From Bacillota bacterium (GTDB lineage Bacteria > Bacillota > JAAYKD01), in the NCBI GenBank assembly GCA_963666425.2, contig CAXXTX010000001.1, positions 1-23,056 on the forward strand: a stretch of 23,056 bases of DNA, given 5' to 3'. The translations under genes were made by a program, and so were the position numbers. The notes beneath the pieces were generated by a model, which was not told where the DNA came from, ran no database searches, and saw only the letters and a list, made by a program, of their open reading frames with translations. Of this stretch, positions 16,772 through 23,056 are shown piece by piece (position 1 is the first letter of the stretch; every line of letters begins with the position of its first letter).

Positions 16772-16923
16772 ATGAATCGATATCGAATTATCGGTATAAT
16801 TGTATCGTTTTTATTAGTCTGACTGGCTTTGTCGAATTTTTTGTGTAACCGATCCTCGAGGAGGATCCTGAATTTCATTTTCTTTAATCCTTCAAATGGA
16901 GCAGGAAAGGTGGTGAGGTATCT

Positions 16924-17247
16924 ATGAAAGAAATACTCCGTCAGGTGAAAAATGCCGAGCAGGAAGCAGCAACCACGGTGGAAAAAGCCAAAACAGAGGC
17001 TGAAGAACTGATCTATCACGCCAAAACAGAATCAGCACTCAAATTGGAAAAAACCATTGAGCAAGCGCGCAGCGAAGCAGAGCATTTGTTATCTGAACGT
17101 AAGACTCTCGTAGAAGAGAAATTACAGTCGATCAGTCTGGAAAACCAGGAAACAAGACGTCAGATCGTCTCCGGTGCGGAGCAGCATATTCCCGAAGCAA
17201 TTGCATTGATTAAGGAAAGGATGGTGAAGCGCGTTGGCAATCGCTGA
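16924..17247 (+). CDS. V/A-type ATP synthase peripheral stalk subunit H/G (NtpF-like)
   Basis: 107-aa Glu/Ala/Lys helical protein (EILRQVKNAEQEA..VEKAKTEAEELI); first gene before subunit I; GAGGT SD. Confidence 0.85.
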   Translation: MKEILRQVKNAEQEAATTVEKAKTEAEELIYHAKTESALKLEKTIEQARSEAEHLLSERKTLVEEKLQSISLENQETRRQIVSGAEQHIPEAIALIKERMVKRVGNR

Positions 17248-19231
17248 GATGAAAAAAGTCCGCCTCGTCGCTCACCAGGCTTGGCAAAAAAAACTGATTA
17301 CTTCCTTGCAGGAGTGGGGATTTGTCCAATTAGTGGATGTCAAGCAGCAACTGAAAGACAGTGAGTTCGCCGTAGAAGTTGATTCCGGCGACCTTGATCT
17401 TGATCTCAGCGCCGCTGCCGAAGCGCAGGCAAGAATCAAAGCAGCGTTGGAATATCTCAAACGTTTTAACAAAAAATCCGAAGGTCTGATCGTCAGTTTT
17501 ATGAACCTGAAAAAACAGATCAGTCAAGATGAAATGGCTGATATTATTCAGAATTATGACGGTTTGGCAGTCGCTTCCCGCTTCAGTCAATATGAAAAAC
17601 GTCTGGCTGAAATCGCCAATCTCTTGAGCCGTTTAGCAGGTGAACGCAGTCAGCTGACACCCTGGCTGAAACTTGATCTGGCTCCGGCTCAGCTGAATCA
17701 ACTGAAAGAGGCCGAAGCATTGCTGGGCAGTATTCAAATCGCGCAGTATCAGGCTTTGCTCAGCAAATTAGCAACTGCGACCGATCAGCAGGTACATGTT
17801 GAGCTGATCGACCAAAACAACAAAGATTGTCTGATGGTTGTACTGGCGATTCGCCAGGATGAGCGAGTCAAACAGGCACTGCGGGAAACGAATTTTTCAG
17901 CAGTCATGCTGCCACGGCCTGAGAAAACACCCAGTGATGCCCTAACGGAAATCGAAAACGAAACACAGCTGCTGCAAAAAGAGCGCGAAGAAATTATGGC
18001 AACCAGCACTGCAATGCTGGCAGACCAGCTGAAGCTGGAAGCGTTAAGCGATTATTACGGTCAGCGAGTCCAGAAATATCAGGTGAAAAAGCTGATCGTC
18101 TCCACTGAGACCGTTATTTTGCTGGAAGGTTGGCTGCAGGAGAAATATCGAGAGGAATTCCTGCAGAAGATGCAGGAGCACTATCCTGAGGTGGTTGTTT
18201 TTATCACCGAACCGGAAGAGACCGATAATCCACCGATCGTGCTCAAGAATAACGCTGCCTCCACACCTTTCGAGTTCGTCATGAACATGTATGGTTGGCC
18301 GAATTATCGTGAGCAGGATCCCACCGCCGTCTTGGCGCCTTTCTTCGCCTTATTCTTTGCCATTGCTCTGGCCGACGCCGGTTATGGTTTATTATTATTG
18401 ATCTTAGGTTTCTATTTCATGCGGAAATACGATCTCGACGCCGGCGGCAAGAAATTTTTCCGTTTGTTTATGACCTGCGGTGCCTTAACAATCGTGGTTG
18501 GTTTGTGTCTGAACGGCTTTTTCGGTAATTTATTGGACTTGCTGCCGTCACTCGCTTTCCTGCGCCGCATCAAAGATTCAATCGTGCTGATCGATCCCAT
18601 GTCCAATCCCATTGGCATGATGGTCCTCTGTGTTGCTTTGGGCGTTGTCCAAGTTTGGACCGGCTACCTGATGAAATCGATCGGTGCCTGGCGCCGGGGC
18701 GATAAAATCGGTGCTCTGCTCGATGGCGGACCCTGGATGGTCTGGATCGCAGCCTTAACCTTCTTTGTTCTCACTGCCACCGTACCCGCCCTTAGCGGTT
18801 TAGCTGCTGTTGGCAAATACGGAGCCATTGCCGGTGCTTTGGGCATCGTGCTGACCCAAGGCCGCGGTTCCAGCAACATTTTCGGTAAACTGGGCGGCGG
18901 ACTCTATGCGCTCTATAATACCATCGGACCCTTGAGCGATACCTTATCCTATACTCGTTTGCTGGCTTTGGGTTTATCGGGCGGCGTCATTGCCATGGTC
19001 GTCAATACCTTTGCGGTCATGCTGAAAGACATCCCCTTTGTTGGCTGGATCCTGATGCTGGCCCTGTTAGTGGGCGGTCATCTCTTTAATATCGTTCTTT
19101 CCTTGCTTGGTTGTTTTGTCCATTCTGCTCGTTTGCAGTATGTGGAATTCTTCACCAAGTTTTTCGAAGGCGGCGGAACCCCGTTCCGTCCTTTCAGACG
19201 GGAAACCAAATATACCGTCATCAAAGAGTAA
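17234..19231 (+). CDS. atpI: V/A-type ATP synthase subunit I (a; NtpI)
   Basis: MAIAEMKK start, LEGW, PPIVLKN, YGWPNYREQDPT, DAGYG, SDTLSYTRLLALGL, HSARLQYVEFF.KFFEGGG. Confidence 0.96.
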   Translation: MAIAEMKKVRLVAHQAWQKKLITSLQEWGFVQLVDVKQQLKDSEFAVEVDSGDLDLDLSAAAEAQARIKAALEYLKRFNKKSEGLIVSFMNLKKQISQDEMADIIQNYDGLAVASRFSQYEKRLAEIANLLSRLAGERSQLTPWLKLDLAPAQLNQLKEAEALLGSIQIAQYQALLSKLATATDQQVHVELIDQNNKDCLMVVLAIRQDERVKQALRETNFSAVMLPRPEKTPSDALTEIENETQLLQKEREEIMATSTAMLADQLKLEALSDYYGQRVQKYQVKKLIVSTETVILLEGWLQEKYREEFLQKMQEHYPEVVVFITEPEETDNPPIVLKNNAASTPFEFVMNMYGWPNYREQDPTAVLAPFFALFFAIALADAGYGLLLLILGFYFMRKYDLDAGGKKFFRLFMTCGALTIVVGLCLNGFFGNLLDLLPSLAFLRRIKDSIVLIDPMSNPIGMMVLCVALGVVQVWTGYLMKSIGAWRRGDKIGALLDGGPWMVWIAALTFFVLTATVPALSGLAAVGKYGAIAGALGIVLTQGRGSSNIFGKLGGGLYALYNTIGPLSDTLSYTRLLALGLSGGVIAMVVNTFAVMLKDIPFVGWILMLALLVGGHLFNIVLSLLGCFVHSARLQYVEFFTKFFEGGGTPFRPFRRETKYTVIKE

Positions 19232-19308
19232 GTTTTTACAGCGAAAGAAGCTGTTGATACTTAGAGGTCTCAAAACAAAAAAAATACGTTTGGAGGAATT
19301 TTTCATGA

Positions 19309-19803
<495 letters not shown>

Positions 19804-19821
19804 CAGGATCAAATAAAGTAA

Positions 19822-19860
19822 AGGGCAAATCCGTTGCTGCAATGACAGCACGGTTTACCT
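19822..19860 (+). other. Intergenic stem-loop between subunit K and E genes
   Basis: AGG..AAATCCG.TGCTG-CAATGA-CAGCA.CGGTTT.CCT imperfect hairpin, no long U tract. Confidence 0.45.
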
Positions 19861-19875
19861 GAAGGGGTTGGTCAG

Positions 19876-20481
19876 ATGTCCTTAGAAAGTATTTTAAGCA
19901 AAATCATCCTCGACGGTCAGACAGAAGGCTCCCGACTGATTTCCGAAGCCCAGATGCGCGCAGCAGCAATCCGGCAGCAGGGACAGGATGAAGCAGAAAT
20001 CCGTCGTCAGCAAATCCTACAGCAAGCAAATCTCGAGGCGGACGAATACGAGTTGCCTCTTCTTTCCATCGCCAAATTGGAAGCCCGCAAAAGCAGGCTT
20101 TTAGCGCAGCAGGAAGTAATTCAAGGGTCCTTTGACCGAGCACTGGTAGAACTGCGTGCCTTACCTCAAGAGGAGAGTCAGGAATTACTGAAACAACTCT
20201 TATTGGAAGCAGCCGTCACCGGTAACGAAGAAATTGTGGTGGAAGAGCAGGATCGTAAGCTCTATAACCTGACATTTTTAGCCAAGGTGAACCTGGCGCT
20301 GATGATGAGCGGCCGTAAAGCCGGCTTAAAGCTGTCGGAACAAACCGGCAGTACCGGCGGTGGTTTTATCCTGAAAGCGGAAGACATTGAAATCAACGCC
20401 ACTTATCCGGCTTTGATCAAAGAGATCCGCGACGAATTGGAACCGCAAGTGGTCAAAATTCTCTTTGGTCAAAACGAATAA
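19876..20481 (+). CDS. atpE: V/A-type ATP synthase subunit E
   Basis: MSLESILSKII start, helical N-half, GGFILK..IEINATY..LI C-domain; operon position. Confidence 0.92.
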   Translation: MSLESILSKIILDGQTEGSRLISEAQMRAAAIRQQGQDEAEIRRQQILQQANLEADEYELPLLSIAKLEARKSRLLAQQEVIQGSFDRALVELRALPQEESQELLKQLLLEAAVTGNEEIVVEEQDRKLYNLTFLAKVNLALMMSGRKAGLKLSEQTGSTGGGFILKAEDIEINATYPALIKEIRDELEPQVVKILFGQNE

Positions 20482-20561
20482 AGAAATGAAAATGCTGTCA
20501 TCAGACCGGCTGCAATTGCGATTGCGATTGCGGTTTGGCTGCTGACGAAGGAGTTGATGGC

Positions 20562-21572
20562 ATGGCTGTGTCACAGGACTCTAAGTTTGCGTATGCTGTT
20601 GGACGAATCCGGGTGCTGGAAATGAAGCTCCTGGATCAGGCCAAAATGCAGCGAATGCTGGAAGCCAAAACCCCGGAAGAAGCCTTTCATGTTTTGGCAG
20701 AAACTGAATACGCAGACCTGGTGGCGATGGCCAAGAATCCGCATCAGTTTGAATTGGTCACTACGGGTGAAATTCGCAGAGTTTACGAACTGATTCGTAA
20801 AATGCTGCCCAATGAACCGCTGACCGATTTATTTTGTGTCAAATATGACATTCACAATCTCAAAGTTTTATTAAAAGCCGCGTATCAGGCAAAAAACTTC
20901 GATCATCTTCTGATGGACGTTGGTTTGGTCCCGGTTGAATTGATGAAATATGTCGCCCAAGGCGAAACAGTCCCGGGGGTGCCGGAGCGTTATCTTAAGG
21001 CAGCAGCCGAAGCGCGTCTTGCCTTTGCTGCCAGTAATGATCCCAAGGTGATTGATACGATCCTGGACCGGGAACTCTATAGTTCCTTAACCAGCATTGC
21101 CAAAAAGAATCACTACGATTTCTACGCTAAAATCATCACCGATCAGATCGATCTTTCTAACCTGCGCAGCATGATCCGCGCCAAACGGATGGGCAGAGAC
21201 AAAGATTACCTCAACGAATCGCTCTTGCCCGGCGGTGCAATTCCCATGGCCAAGTATCTGGAATTGGTCGATGCGGAATGGGATCAGATCATCACAGGCT
21301 TTGCCAATACGGCGCATGCCGCCTTGGTCAAGGAAGGCATTGTCGATTTTCTCGCCGTGGGTCAGCTGACCCTGCTGGAAAAACTGATCGACGATAAAAT
21401 CATGCAGCAGGTCAAGCAGGCCAAAGTCTTGTCGCTCGGACCGGAGCCGGTCATCGGCTACCTGATGGCGAAAGAGACGGAAGTCCGCAACATCCGCATC
21501 ATCATGGTGGGGAAACTCAATGATGTCGCGACCGCTGTCATCCGCGAAAGGCTGCGTGATAGTTATGTATAA
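20562..21572 (+). CDS. atpC: V/A-type ATP synthase subunit C (d)
   Basis: FAYAVGRIRVLE.KLL, YDIHNLKVLLK, IDLSNL, GPEPVIGYL.AKETEVRNIRII..GK..IRERLR; AAGGAG SD before ATG 20562. Confidence 0.94.
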   Translation: MAVSQDSKFAYAVGRIRVLEMKLLDQAKMQRMLEAKTPEEAFHVLAETEYADLVAMAKNPHQFELVTTGEIRRVYELIRKMLPNEPLTDLFCVKYDIHNLKVLLKAAYQAKNFDHLLMDVGLVPVELMKYVAQGETVPGVPERYLKAAAEARLAFAASNDPKVIDTILDRELYSSLTSIAKKNHYDFYAKIITDQIDLSNLRSMIRAKRMGRDKDYLNESLLPGGAIPMAKYLELVDAEWDQIITGFANTAHAALVKEGIVDFLAVGQLTLLEKLIDDKIMQQVKQAKVLSLGPEPVIGYLMAKETEVRNIRIIMVGKLNDVATAVIRERLRDSYV

Positions 21573-21891
21573 AATCGGCTTAATCGGTGATCGGGATACG
21601 ATCATGGGATTCAGGGCTTTGGGTCTTGAAACCTACGAAGTCATCACCCGTGAAGACACCACTGCAGCATTGCAGAGCGTCATGAAAGAAGACTATGCTC
21701 TGATTTTCATGACCGAAAGAACCTACGCCCTGGTTCCTGATCTTTTGCGCGAATTCCGCGAGAGAAGTCTGCCCGTTATCAACATCATACCCGATAACCG
21801 CGGCAATCTGGGTCTCGGGATGAAGAGAATGCGCAGCATGGTAGAGAAGGCCGTCGGTGCGGACATTCTGTTCAAGGAAGAGGGAAAATAG
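21565..21891 (+). CDS. atpF: V/A-type ATP synthase subunit F
   Basis: MYKIGLIGDRDTIMGFRALG..IP..VEKAVGADI; ATG 21565 overlaps the subunit C stop. Confidence 0.94.
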   Translation: MYKIGLIGDRDTIMGFRALGLETYEVITREDTTAALQSVMKEDYALIFMTERTYALVPDLLREFRERSLPVINIIPDNRGNLGLGMKRMRSMVEKAVGADILFKEEGK

Positions 21892-23056
21892 ATGGCAAAT
21901 ATTGCTCAGTCGCAAGGAACAATTATCAAAGTATCCGGCCCTCTCGTCGTCGCCAAAGGCATGCAGGATGCCAAAATGTACGACGTGGTCAAGGTCGGCA
22001 AACAACAGCTGGTTGGCGAAATCATTGAAATGCGCAACGACCAGGCTTCCATTCAGGTTTACGAAGAAACATCCGGCCTCGGCCCCGGTGAAGTTGTGGT
22101 TTCCACCGGCGAACCGCTTTCCGTGGAACTGGCTCCCGGTCTGATGCGCTCTATTTATGATGGGATTCAGCGTCCGCTGGATAAAATCCGCGCCGTTGCG
22201 GGCGACTTCATTCCGCGCGGCGTGCAGGTCAACAGCATCGACCGCGAAAAGATCTGGCAGTTTGTACCGCTTGCCACTGTTGGCAGCGAAGTAAAAGCCG
22301 GTCAGACGTTGGGTACCGTGCAGGAAACTGTTTTGGTATCGCATAAAATCATGGTCCCGCCCGGTGTATCCGGCACTCTGACCTGGTTACATGCCGGTGA
22401 TGCCACCGTCGTGGAACCAATTGCCCGCATCCAAACAGCGCAGGGTGAAAAAGAAATCGCCATGCTGCAGCTTTGGCCGGTGCGCCGTCCGCGGCCGTAT
22501 CAACAAAAACTTACCCCCACAGAACCGCTGACCAGCGGCCAGCGTGTTATTGATATGTTTTTCCCGGTCGCCAAGGGTGGCACCGCCTGTGTTCCGGGTC
22601 CTTTCGGCTCCGGTAAGACTGTAGTGCAGCATCAGCTGGCCAAATGGGCGGAAGCCCAGATCATCGTCTATGTTGGCTGCGGTGAACGCGGCAATGAAAT
22701 GACCGATGTTCTGCTGGAATTCCCCGAACTAAAAGATCCCACCTCCGGCGAACCCTTGATGGAACGTACCGTTTTAATTGCCAATACCTCCAACATGCCT
22801 GTGGCAGCGCGTGAGGCTTCCATCTATACCGGTATCACGATTGCCGAATACTACCGCGATATGGGTTACTCCATCGCCTTAATGGCCGACTCCACTTCCC
22901 GTTGGGCAGAAGCCCTGCGTGAAATGTCCGGTCGTTTGGAAGAAATGCCCGGCGAAGAAGGTTACCCGGCTTATCTGGGTTCCCGTCTGGCCGAATTCTA
23001 CGAACGCGCCGGTAAAGTCGTCACCTTAGGCGGCAGCGAAGGTTCCTTATCCGCCA
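21892..23056 (+). CDS. atpA: V/A-type ATP synthase catalytic subunit A (partial, runs off the window)
   Basis: Read by hand (absent from the ORF track because it has no stop): [32 protein letters not shown], Walker [12 protein letters not shown] at 22591, [47 protein letters not shown]. Confidence 0.97.
   Translation, partial: MANIAQSQGTIIKVSGPLVVAKGMQDAKMYDVVKVGKQQLVGEIIEMRNDQASIQVYEETSGLGPGEVVVSTGEPLSVELAPGLMRSIYDGIQRPLDKIRAVAGDFIPRGVQVNSIDREKIWQFVPLATVGSEVKAGQTLGTVQETVLVSHKIMVPPGVSGTLTWLHAGDATVVEPIARIQTAQGEKEIAMLQLWPVRRPRPYQQKLTPTEPLTSGQRVIDMFFPVAKGGTACVPGPFGSGKTVVQHQLAKWAEAQIIVYVGCGERGNEMTDVLLEFPELKDPTSGEPLMERTVLIANTSNMPVAAREASIYTGITIAEYYRDMGYSIALMADSTSRWAEALREMSGRLEEMPGEEGYPAYLGSRLAEFYERAGKVVTLGGSEGSLSA

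Noticed and set aside
16609-16848. 79-aa ORF upstream of the ATPase operon as a real gene
   Set aside because: It overlaps the promoter, terminator and TATAAT box; only a shorter TTG-16690 version has an SD-like site, and it remains unsupported
20497-20546. (ATTGCG)x3 and an 11-nt match CTGCAATTGCG to the array junction, between subunits E and C
   Set aside because: Too short to show homology and no REP hairpin; probably part of a weak intergenic stem-loop

Overview
Chromosomal window (~50% GC) from an anaerobic Bacillota-type bacterium, judged from the SigA promoters, strong SD sites, several TTG starts, PFOR and a V/A-type ATPase. From left to right: iron-sulfur flavoprotein plus a small membrane protein; a convergent GH2 glycosidase; a GNAT; an Lsa-family ABC-F ribosome-protection gene with a complete uORF/terminator attenuation leader; an ECF sigma/ZAS anti-sigma pair; a TrmH-family methyltransferase; PFOR (nifJ); a PLP trans-sulfuration lyase plus a MATE transporter; and a probably Na+-coupled V/A-ATPase operon (H-I-K-E-C-F-A, cut off in A). 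The stand-out feature is a ~2 kb non-coding mosaic array (14527-16500). It holds 14 GTAG-type REP hairpins (11 forward, 3 reverse) and parses into 29 copies of five modules (84/30/73/40/65 bp) in shuffled order, with no RAYT or cas gene in the window. Other points of note: an out-of-frame SD+ATG at the start of the ATPase c subunit, a promoter-to-terminator unit (sRNA or riboswitch candidate) upstream of the ATPase operon, and an ECF-type promoter embedded in the 3' end of the sigma gene. All protein calls come from motif recognition; no database searches were run.
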